A stretch of DNA of 64,000 nt. It comes from Candidatus Daviesbacteria bacterium (lineage in GTDB: Bacteria > Patescibacteriota > Microgenomatia > Daviesbacterales > UBA10151). Under the pieces are notes generated by a model. The model had not been told where the DNA came from. It saw only the letters and a program-made list of their open reading frames with translations, and did not search any database. Numbering within the stretch: the first letter of the stretch is position 1; the number at the start of each line of letters is the position of its first letter. The position numbers and the translations under genes were made by a program. Where the stretch lies: contig JACPKM010000001.1 of assembly GCA_016187025.1 (NCBI GenBank), forward strand, positions 384,055 to 448,054, written 5' to 3'. Shown here one piece after another: positions 8,429-16,671 of this stretch.

Positions 8429-10641
8429 TTACTAAAACCTTTTCTATAAAAGGCATGCATTGTGCCTCCTGTGTAAGGCTTATTGAGAAAGCAGTAGGTA
8501 AACTGGGTGGAGTTGAATCCTGTAATGTAAATCTGGCAACAGAAAGGGCAACTGTTACGTATAACCCAAAACAAGTCTCAGATGAGGATCTATCCTCTGC
8601 TGTTTCCAGTGTGGGTTATTCAGTAATGGAAGAAGTGGATGAAGACAGAGAAAAAAAAGAAAAAGAAGCAGAGCTTAACAAGTTAAGAATTAAAGTGGTA
8701 GTCAGTTTGTTTTTAGGGGGTTTAATTGTCTGGGGTAGCTTTCCGGGGTTGATGGAAACAGCTCCGCAAATTTTACGAAACTTTTTTGTACAGCTACTGC
8801 TTGCAACACCTGTACAATTTTGGGCTGGCCTTTCTTTTTATCAGGCAACCATTCCGGCTTTAAAAAACAGAACTGCCAATATGGATACACTTGTTGCCCT
8901 GGGTACAACAGTTGCTTATACCTATTCAGTAATTGTGACTTTTTTCCCTAAGGTAATAATGCAAACAGGAATTGAGCCTGAAGCATACTTTGATGTTGCA
9001 ACAATTATTATTGGCTTAATTTTACTTGGAAGGTTTTTTGAAGCCAGAGCAAAGATGGGAACATCAGAGGCAATTAAAAAACTAATTGGGCTGCAAGCAA
9101 AGACTGCACGGGTAGTAAGAGACAACAAAGAAGTAGATATCCCTATTGAACAAGTAGTTGTAGGTGATGTAATCAGAGTAAGGCCAGGAGAAAAAATTCC
9201 TGTTGACGGCATGATTCTAGAAGGCGAATCAGCAGTTGATGAGTCAATGGTTACAGGAGAAAGCGTACCTGTTGATAAAAAAATTGATGATAGTGTTGTG
9301 GGTGCCACCATGAACAAAACTGGCACCTTTACTTATAAAGCTACAAAGGTTGGTAAAGATACCATGTTGTCACAAATTATCAAACTGGTTTCTGATGCTC
9401 AAGGTAGCAAGGCTCCAATCCAGCGGATTGCAGATTTAATTGCTTCCTATTTTGTACCTATTGTTATTATGCTTGCGATTTTAACTTTTGTTGTGTGGTA
9501 TGTTTTTGGCCCTCAGCCTGCATTTCTGTTTGCAATGCTAAATGCAATTGCAGTTTTAATAATTGCCTGTCCTTGTGCAATGGGATTGGCAACTCCTACG
9601 GCTATTATGGTGGGGACTGGTATTGGAGCAGAGCATGGGATACTGATCAAAGATGCGCAAAGTTTAGAAACTGCCCATAGGGTAAACACTATAATTTTTG
9701 ATAAGACAGGGACACTTACCCAAGGTAAACCAGAAGTTACAAATATTAAACCATTAAACAAAAGTTTTGGAGCTGATGAAATCTTAAGACTGGCTTCCTC
9801 TTTAGAAAAAGGTTCTGAACATTCACTGGCAGAACCAATTGTTAAAAAAGCCCAAGAGAAAAAACTAAAACCAGAAAAGGTAATGCAGTTTGGGGCAGTT
9901 CCTGGTCAGGGTATAGAAGGACTAATAGGAGGGGAAAAAGTAGTTTTGGGTAACCGTAAGTTAATGGAAAAAGAAAAAATTAATATTGAAGAGTATGGTA
10001 AAGAAATAGAAGGCTTAGAAAATGAGGGTAAAACAGTCATGATGCTGGGAATAAAAAATAATTTAGTAGGGCTTATTGCAGTTGCAGATATAGTCAAAGA
10101 GAGTGCAAAGGAGGCAGTTTCCAAACTAAAAAAGATGGGTATTGAGACAGTTATGATCACAGGAGACAATGAAAAAACAGCCAGAGCAATAGCCAGGCAA
10201 GTAGGTATTGACCGGGTTTTGGCTGAAGTGCTGCCTTCTCAAAAGGAGGCAGAAGTAAGAAGAATTCAGCAAGAAGGAAAAAGTGTGGCAATGGTGGGTG
10301 ATGGAATAAATGATGCCCCTGCCCTTGCAGCAGCAGATATTGGTATGGCCATGGGCTCAGGAACAGATGTGGCAATTGAGGCAGCAGATATAACTTTAGT
10401 AAACAAAGATTTACAATCTATAGCCTCAGCCATTGCCCTATCTAAAAAAACTATGAAGACTATCAAGATGAATCTTGTTTGGGCTTTTGGGTATAATATT
10501 ATTTTGATCCCTGTTGCTATGGGTGTTTTATATCCAGTATTTGGGGTTTTGCTAAATCCGATTTTTGCATCAGCGGCTATGGCTTTAAGCTCAATATCAG
10601 TTGTAGGTAACTCATTGCTTTTAAAGAAAGTGAGAATTTAA
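8425..10641 (+). CDS. copA: Copper-translocating P1B-type ATPase
   Basis: N-terminal HMA domain (GMHCASC), CPC motif ([10 protein letters not shown]), DKTGTLT phosphorylation site and GDGINDAP hinge. RBS AAGGTGA lies 8 nt upstream of ATG 8425. Confidence 0.95.
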   Translation: MITKTFSIKGMHCASCVRLIEKAVGKLGGVESCNVNLATERATVTYNPKQVSDEDLSSAVSSVGYSVMEEVDEDREKKEKEAELNKLRIKVVVSLFLGGLIVWGSFPGLMETAPQILRNFFVQLLLATPVQFWAGLSFYQATIPALKNRTANMDTLVALGTTVAYTYSVIVTFFPKVIMQTGIEPEAYFDVATIIIGLILLGRFFEARAKMGTSEAIKKLIGLQAKTARVVRDNKEVDIPIEQVVVGDVIRVRPGEKIPVDGMILEGESAVDESMVTGESVPVDKKIDDSVVGATMNKTGTFTYKATKVGKDTMLSQIIKLVSDAQGSKAPIQRIADLIASYFVPIVIMLAILTFVVWYVFGPQPAFLFAMLNAIAVLIIACPCAMGLATPTAIMVGTGIGAEHGILIKDAQSLETAHRVNTIIFDKTGTLTQGKPEVTNIKPLNKSFGADEILRLASSLEKGSEHSLAEPIVKKAQEKKLKPEKVMQFGAVPGQGIEGLIGGEKVVLGNRKLMEKEKINIEEYGKEIEGLENEGKTVMMLGIKNNLVGLIAVADIVKESAKEAVSKLKKMGIETVMITGDNEKTARAIARQVGIDRVLAEVLPSQKEAEVRRIQQEGKSVAMVGDGINDAPALAAADIGMAMGSGTDVAIEAADITLVNKDLQSIASAIALSKKTMKTIKMNLVWAFGYNIILIPVAMGVLYPVFGVLLNPIFASAAMALSSISVVGNSLLLKKVRI

Positions 10642-10646
10642 AAACT

Positions 10647-11687
10647 ATGGACTTGTGGGTTGTTTTTTTAACAGGTTTAACAGTTGGAGGGTTAACCTGC
10701 CTTGTAGTACAAGGGGGACTACTTGCATCAACTATTGCAGCAAGAGAGGCAGAAGATTTCAGGGAAGGGAGTGGACGCAAGCATAATCTATTACCGGTTT
10801 TGGCTTTTTTGGTTACTAAGTTTATTGCCTATATTATTTTAGGCTTTTTGTTGGGACTGTTTGGAAGTGCGTTGAATTTTTCTGACTCCTCGCGTATTAC
10901 AATGCAGATTTTAGCCGGGGTATATATGGTGCTGGTTGCACTAAATCTGTTAAATATCCACCCAGTCTTTAGATATGTAATTATCCAGCCGCCTAAATTT
11001 TTAACAAAAATTGTCAGGAACACCTCAAAAAGTGCTGATTTATTTGCTCCGGCACTACTTGGTGTCTTTACTATTTTTATCCCTTGTGGGACAACTTTGG
11101 CAATGGAGGCTTTTGCCATCTCGTCTGGTAATCCTTTTTGGGGAGCTGCTATTTTGGGAACCTTTGTGCTTGGTACCACTCCAATGTTTTTAGGGCTTGG
11201 AGTGTTAACCTCAAGACTGGGCGATGCATTCAGAACTAGGTTTTTAAAGATTGCAGGCTTGTTGGTTTTATATATAGGCATAACATCTGTTAACCAAGGA
11301 TTGGTTTTAGCAAATTCGCCAATTACCCTGCAAACCTTAGCAGAAAATAGCCCAATTCAAATTGATTTGAGTGGTGGAGCAAGCAACCAGAATGCAAACT
11401 ATTTAGCAGGACAAGTAAATGGGGTACAAAATGTAGATATCAATATTGAATCTTCTGGTTATAACCCAAGGTATTTACAAGTAAAAAGTGGTATCCCAGT
11501 CAAGATGAACTTAATTTCTAAAAACGTTTATTCTTGTGCGCTTGCTTTTAGAATTCCTGCCTTAAAAATTGCCAAGAATCTAAACCCTACTGGAGTAGAA
11601 ACTATAGAATTTACACCGACTAAAAAAGGAAAAATTGTCTACACCTGTTCGATGGGAATGTATTCGGGCATAATGGAGGTAATCTAA
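10647..11687 (+). CDS. Polytopic membrane protein (DsbD_2/TauE-like core with paired Cys) fused to a C-terminal cupredoxin-like metal-binding domain
   Basis: Multiple TM helices with Cys pairs (TCLVV..., FIPCGTT). C-terminal soluble domain ends 'YTCSMGMYSGIMEV', resembling the CxMxM motif of the 8066-8428 protein. Lies inside the cop operon. Confidence 0.5.
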   Translation: MDLWVVFLTGLTVGGLTCLVVQGGLLASTIAAREAEDFREGSGRKHNLLPVLAFLVTKFIAYIILGFLLGLFGSALNFSDSSRITMQILAGVYMVLVALNLLNIHPVFRYVIIQPPKFLTKIVRNTSKSADLFAPALLGVFTIFIPCGTTLAMEAFAISSGNPFWGAAILGTFVLGTTPMFLGLGVLTSRLGDAFRTRFLKIAGLLVLYIGITSVNQGLVLANSPITLQTLAENSPIQIDLSGGASNQNANYLAGQVNGVQNVDINIESSGYNPRYLQVKSGIPVKMNLISKNVYSCALAFRIPALKIAKNLNPTGVETIEFTPTKKGKIVYTCSMGMYSGIMEVI

Positions 11688-11903
11688 ATGGTTAAGAAAA
11701 AGTTCAAAATTACTAATATGCACTGCAGCTCTTGTGCTATGTTAATTGATGGTGACCTAGAGGATACAGAGGGGGTTAAATCTGCCAGCACTAACTTTGC
11801 CAAAGGCGAAACCGAGATTGAGTTTGATGAGGAGAAGCTCACTGATAAGACAATTTTGGAGACAATAAAAAAAACTGGATATACAGCTCTTCCACAAGGA
11901 TAA
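11688..11903 (+). CDS. copZ: Copper chaperone CopZ (HMA domain)
   Basis: MHCSSCA metal-binding motif in a 71-aa ferredoxin-like HMA fold. GGAGG RBS. Confidence 0.9.
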   Translation: MVKKKFKITNMHCSSCAMLIDGDLEDTEGVKSASTNFAKGETEIEFDEEKLTDKTILETIKKTGYTALPQG

Positions 11904-11924
11904 TTTTTCAGTTACACTAGTATT

Positions 11925-12911
11925 ATGTTTGATTTAATATCTATTGGCGACTGCGTGATAGACACCTTTATTCCCTTGAACGATGCAGGAGTAGTAGAAA
12001 AAGATGGAGTACAGCTTTTGACTTTAAGATATGGAGATAAAATTCCGGTTGAGCCATCTGTTTCTATGGTTGCCGGAAATGCTGCTAATAATGCAGTTGG
12101 GGCATCAAGGCTCGGATTAAAAACTGCAATTTATACAAACGTTGGTAATAAAGATGATGATGAGGCAGATGATAGGATTATTGCCAGATTTAAAAAGGAG
12201 AAAATTGATACAAGGTACGTGATAGAAAATGCCAACATGTTTTCAAATCATCATATAGTTTTAAATTATAAAGGGGAAAGGACAATACTAATTTATCATC
12301 AACCTTGGAAATTTGATTTACCTGACTTAGACAAATCCAAATGGGTATATTTGACCTCTATGTCACCTTCATATGTAGAATCTAGTGTGGTCGAACAAAT
12401 TATCCACTACTTAGAAAGGTCTTCAAGTAAACTGGCATATCAACCAGGTACTTTTCAGTTAAAAGTGGGAGCCAAAAAAAGCGCCCGTTTACTATCTTTG
12501 ACTGAAATTTTTTTTGTTAACCTGGAAGAAGCAAAGCTTTTTTTGGGTTTTGAGAAGGGTGAGGATATCTCCATAAAAAAGCTTTTAAAAGGCTTATTAG
12601 ACTTAGGACCAAAGATGGTGGTAATTACAGATGGTGGTAAAGGCTCTTTTGGATTTGATGGAGAAAATTATTATAAACTGGATATTTTTCCTGCACGGAT
12701 TTTGGAAATGACTGGCGCAGGAGATGCGTATGCCACCGGGTGCATGGCCGGGCTTTTTTACGGTAATGATCTGCCTGAGGCGATGAGGTGGGGGGCTGCT
12801 AACGGGGCATCGGTAGTTGAGCAAGTTGGTCCGCAAGCCGGGCTTTTGACTTACCATAAAATGCTGGAAAAGTTAAAGGAGAGCTCTAAAATTGTCGCAA
12901 GAGAAATTTAG
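11925..12911 (+). CDS. PfkB-family carbohydrate kinase (ribokinase-like)
   Basis: C-terminal anion-hole motif GAGDAYATG and N-terminal GG-type motif. 328 aa. Confidence 0.8.
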   Translation: MFDLISIGDCVIDTFIPLNDAGVVEKDGVQLLTLRYGDKIPVEPSVSMVAGNAANNAVGASRLGLKTAIYTNVGNKDDDEADDRIIARFKKEKIDTRYVIENANMFSNHHIVLNYKGERTILIYHQPWKFDLPDLDKSKWVYLTSMSPSYVESSVVEQIIHYLERSSSKLAYQPGTFQLKVGAKKSARLLSLTEIFFVNLEEAKLFLGFEKGEDISIKKLLKGLLDLGPKMVVITDGGKGSFGFDGENYYKLDIFPARILEMTGAGDAYATGCMAGLFYGNDLPEAMRWGAANGASVVEQVGPQAGLLTYHKMLEKLKESSKIVAREI

Positions 12912-14539
12912 TTTTTCTTTGCTATATGATTTAGCGAGTACTCGAATGTTGCATCTACTTTTTTATGGGGGTTGAAAATATCTTTTGAGTCAAAAATTGA
13001 TTTTAATTTTTTAAACAGTTGGTAAATATCCTCTCCATACATTTGCTCCAAATACGGTCCTCTTACCAGTCCATCGTTGTGTTCTGCTGCCATTGAGCCT
13101 TTATACTCAAAGACTAAGTCATAAACTTTTTTTGACAGTTGTGGGATAGCTTGACGGATTTTCATATCAGTCAAATCAACCAGGGGAATAATATGAAAAT
13201 TACCGTTTCCTACATGCCCTGCAATTGTATAGATCATAATCTTTTTATACGGCTCCAGTATTTTTTCCAGTTTAGGTAAAAACTCTGGTAAAACCTCGGG
13301 TTTTACCACTAAATCATCAATAAACGGGGCTGTGTGTTTTCCTCCAGCATGATGGCGGAATAAGTTAAAACTTTCGCGTCTGATGACCCAGTATTTTCTG
13401 GCGTCATCTTCACTGGTTGTGACCCTGCTTTGTATATGAAAGGCTTTGATGTTTTCTTGTGTTTGTTTGGCTTTTTGGTCTGCTTGTTCTAGGCTATCGC
13501 CTGTAAACTCTGCCATCAAGATAAGCTTTGGAAAACCATATTGAAGGGTCATGAGTATCTCAGGAATAAAACTCAAGCCCAGAGAGAGGATATTTTTGGG
13601 TTTTATGACCTTAAATATCTCCATCCAGAATCTGGCTGCAAATTTGGTGGTTTGGTCATCAAAGCTTTCAAAGCTTTCAGGCTTAGATTCTAATACTTTA
13701 TCAACCACCTCACCTAGCTGGTTCAAGTTATACAAAAAGATAATTAGTAATTTGGAATATTTTTTAGGCTTGATCAACCTGAATTTGATTTGTGTAACAA
13801 TCCCTAGTGTGCCTTGGGCTCCTGTAAAAATTTGTGTTGGATTAAAGGTTTCACTGTTCCATACATCCCAAAGTAAATATCCAGATGAGTTTTTAGATAC
13901 ATTGGGCCTTGCTTTTTTAATTAAATCATAATTTTCATCAATCAGTTCAAAAACTTGTTTATATATTTGCCCTTCAAAATCCTTTTGAGAAAGCTTTTTT
14001 CCTAACTGCTCCTTTGTTAGAGGGGTAAATGTGTATTCATTTCCATCTGAGAGTATCATTTTTAACTCCATTACATAATCGTGTGTCTGTCCGTAAGAGA
14101 GGGTTTTTTCTCCGGCAGAGTTGTTGGAAACCATTCCGCCAACAGTACAAATTTCTCTTGAAGCAGGATAACAGGGAAGCAAATAACCCTTTGCTAAAGT
14201 CTCTTTTTCAAAATCCCGGTAGAAAACACCAGGTTGGGTAATGGCATATCCTTCCCCCACCTCTTTAATTTTATTAAAGTATTTGGTCATATCTACAACA
14301 ATTGATTCTCCAACTGCTCCCCCGCTCATATCTGTTCCTCCGGACCTAACAGTGATAGATAGGTTATTAGCGCTTGCAAATTTTACCAATTTTTTTAAAT
14401 CATCAGTATCTTTTGGAAAAACTACAACCTGGGGAGTTATTTCATAAATTGAGGCATCTTTACTGTATTTTGCCAGGGTTTCTGCATCTTCTAAAACCTC
14501 GCCCGCAATTAATTTTTGCAACTCTTCCTTAAGTGACAT
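12908..14539 (-). CDS. FAD-binding oxidoreductase (PCMH-type; GlcD / D-lactate dehydrogenase-like)
   Basis: FAD_binding_4-type N-terminal domain (VRSGGTDMSGGAVG) plus a C-terminal FAD-oxidase domain. 543 aa. Confidence 0.8.
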   Translation of the reverse strand: MSLKEELQKLIAGEVLEDAETLAKYSKDASIYEITPQVVVFPKDTDDLKKLVKFASANNLSITVRSGGTDMSGGAVGESIVVDMTKYFNKIKEVGEGYAITQPGVFYRDFEKETLAKGYLLPCYPASREICTVGGMVSNNSAGEKTLSYGQTHDYVMELKMILSDGNEYTFTPLTKEQLGKKLSQKDFEGQIYKQVFELIDENYDLIKKARPNVSKNSSGYLLWDVWNSETFNPTQIFTGAQGTLGIVTQIKFRLIKPKKYSKLLIIFLYNLNQLGEVVDKVLESKPESFESFDDQTTKFAARFWMEIFKVIKPKNILSLGLSFIPEILMTLQYGFPKLILMAEFTGDSLEQADQKAKQTQENIKAFHIQSRVTTSEDDARKYWVIRRESFNLFRHHAGGKHTAPFIDDLVVKPEVLPEFLPKLEKILEPYKKIMIYTIAGHVGNGNFHIIPLVDLTDMKIRQAIPQLSKKVYDLVFEYKGSMAAEHNDGLVRGPYLEQMYGEDIYQLFKKLKSIFDSKDIFNPHKKVDATFEYSLNHIAKKN

Positions 14540-14553
14540 AAAATATTTTAAAG

Positions 14554-15273
14554 TTAATGGATGTAAACTCTTGTGCCGGGGTTTGCCTCGGTAGCTCTTG
14601 CAACATTTTCTCCTTCTGGCACAACCGGTCCTGTCCAGTCAAACAGCTGGGCGACATAATTTAGGGGAGAATTGACACAACCATGGCTCATTGGAGTGCC
14701 AAAGTTGTTGTGCCAGTATGCTCCATGGATAGCATAACCTTTATGAAAAAACATATTATGGGGAACATTTGGCAGATAATAGTATGTGCCTAGTTCTTTT
14801 GATCCCCCTTCCATCTTTTGGCTTCTGGTTTTATACCAAACAGCAAAATCTCCTATTGGCGTAGGGGCCCATTTTCCGGACGAGATGGGAAACTCCATCA
14901 CGATTCTGCTTCCTTCCCAGGCCCTGAGTCTTTGTTCTGGAATAGAAACCTCAATCCATTTTTCCTCCCCAGCGGCATTAGTGGTACCTAAAACTGCTTG
15001 TTCTTCTGCGTCTAATGTGTTTTGGGGAGTTTTTATAGAATAAGCAAGCGAGGTTTTTGGATAATCTATGATTTGGCTATTGAAAATGGCAGTAGTTTCG
15101 TTTTCATCAAACTCACCGCTAACTTTGGTAACATCTGCCTCATTGCAGCAAGATACGGTTGGGTCCCCGGAGAAATTAAATTTATAAGCCAGATCACGCC
15201 TGATTGATTGAAAATTGAGGATGACTAAAAAGACTAAAGATATGATCAGCAATAAAGGTAGTAATCTATGCAT
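14554..15273 (-). CDS. L,D-transpeptidase (YkuD domain) with N-terminal membrane anchor
   Basis: Catalytic motif 'HGAYWHNNFGTPMSHGCVN' (His/Cys of the YkuD domain). Signal/TM at the N-terminus. Confidence 0.8.
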   Translation of the reverse strand: MHRLLPLLLIISLVFLVILNFQSIRRDLAYKFNFSGDPTVSCCNEADVTKVSGEFDENETTAIFNSQIIDYPKTSLAYSIKTPQNTLDAEEQAVLGTTNAAGEEKWIEVSIPEQRLRAWEGSRIVMEFPISSGKWAPTPIGDFAVWYKTRSQKMEGGSKELGTYYYLPNVPHNMFFHKGYAIHGAYWHNNFGTPMSHGCVNSPLNYVAQLFDWTGPVVPEGENVARATEANPGTRVYIH

Positions 15274-15358
15274 GGGACAGCCTTAATTCAATTGTGTAAA
15301 AATTTATAACTGGTCGTCAAGGGGCAATTTCTTTTTGTGATATTATTAAGTTTCTTCC

Positions 15359-16297
15359 ATGAAGGTATTAAGTGTACTTTTCTATTTAAGCTCCTTTTTT
15401 ATTATCTTTACTACAGTGTATTTATATATTTTTCCTGCCAACTCAGAGTTTAAACTTGTGTCCCCAGTGAGGGAAAAAGCTGTTATTCCAGGTATAAATC
15501 AGTGGTTTCCAAAAGAGGTTTTGGGCGCACAAGTTGCCGAACCTAAAGTTTCAGCCAAAGCTTCTTTTTTTGTGGAAACTGGATCAAGTGAGGTGTTGTA
15601 TACAAAAAATATTCATGAACAACTTCCTATTGCGTCTCTGGCAAAGGTGATGACAGTTTTGATAGCGCTTGAGCACAAAAGCTTAGAGAATTTATACACT
15701 GTTTCAACTAGCGCTGCTTCAGCTGAACCGGATAAAATGTTTTTGATAAGGGATGAAAAACTTAGCTTAAAAGAGCTTTTGTATGGAATATTTTTGATCT
15801 CTGCAAATGATGCGGCAGAGGTTATAGCAGAAGGGACACTGGAGGGAGGAAGAGAGGAGTTTATCCAAGAAATGAACAGAAAAGCTGGTCAGCTGGGGAT
15901 GAAAAATACCCGTTTTGTAAATCCTACTGGTTTAGATGAAGATGAGGGAGGATCTTATTCAAGTACTTATGATTTAGTGTTATTAACAAGACATTTAATA
16001 AAAAGATATCCTGAGGTGGTAAATATTTCTAACATTGATCACATTAATTTAGCTAAAACTGAAAACCATCAGGATTACGACATGTATTCTGGTATAAATT
16101 TATTAACAACCTATCCTGGGGTGGTTGGGTTTAAAACTGGTTTTACCCCACAAGCAGGTTATACCTTGATCACTCTGGCAAGAAAAGACGGAAAAGAAGT
16201 TGTAGGGGTAATACTGGATTCCCAGTACAGGCGGGATGAGGCAAAAGAGTTGCTTGATTATAGTTTTAGCAAGCTCGATATAAGAAATCGCAAATAA
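15359..16297 (+). CDS. D-alanyl-D-alanine carboxypeptidase (class C low-MW PBP, DacA-like)
   Basis: SxxK (SLAKVMT), SxN (SAND) and KTG (KTGFT) motifs in canonical order. N-terminal TM. Confidence 0.85.
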   Translation: MKVLSVLFYLSSFFIIFTTVYLYIFPANSEFKLVSPVREKAVIPGINQWFPKEVLGAQVAEPKVSAKASFFVETGSSEVLYTKNIHEQLPIASLAKVMTVLIALEHKSLENLYTVSTSAASAEPDKMFLIRDEKLSLKELLYGIFLISANDAAEVIAEGTLEGGREEFIQEMNRKAGQLGMKNTRFVNPTGLDEDEGGSYSSTYDLVLLTRHLIKRYPEVVNISNIDHINLAKTENHQDYDMYSGINLLTTYPGVVGFKTGFTPQAGYTLITLARKDGKEVVGVILDSQYRRDEAKELLDYSFSKLDIRNRK

Positions 16298-16395
16298 TGG
16301 GTAAGAATCGCTGGTATGTGCCAAAACTACGCTTTTTGTGTAAAAATGGTATAGAAGAATTTGTAATTTAAGATAGGGTGGATTAGTATAAAATC

Positions 16396-16671
16396 ATGTG
16401 GGGATTTAGCAAGAAAAGATTTTTAATAACTTTGGGATTAAGCATTTTAATTTGGTTAATGAGTATGGTAGTTCAATCTCTTTTTAGAGATAACGTGAAT
16501 TATGGACTTTTTATATTTGCAAAATCCTGTGAAGTAACTGGATACCCTATTGCTAGATGTATAGCTGATTATGATAAAGGCTCAATTTATCTTACTTACT
16601 CAGTCAATCTCTTTTTTTGGTTTTGGGTGTTACATTTTTCTTGGAGTTGGTTTGATAAACGTCGCAATTAA
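16396..16671 (+). CDS. Small hypothetical membrane protein
   Basis: 91-aa ORF with two hydrophobic segments. Overlaps the 3' end of the convergent 986-aa gene by about 40 nt. Weak support. Confidence 0.3.
   Translation: MWGFSKKRFLITLGLSILIWLMSMVVQSLFRDNVNYGLFIFAKSCEVTGYPIARCIADYDKGSIYLTYSVNLFFWFWVLHFSWSWFDKRRN

Noticed and set aside
8922-9326. Antisense or shadow ORFs inside copA, nrdJ, hppA, lon, the lipase-like gene and others (for example 8922-9326, 33250-33582, 25759-25968)
   Set aside because: They lie entirely within well-supported genes on the opposite strand or in another frame, have low-complexity translations, and have no RBS. Treated as non-coding frame artefacts.
16396-16671. 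Small ORF overlapping the end of the 986-aa gene as a definite gene
   Set aside because: Overlaps a convergent gene and has no clear RBS. Retained only as a low-confidence feature.
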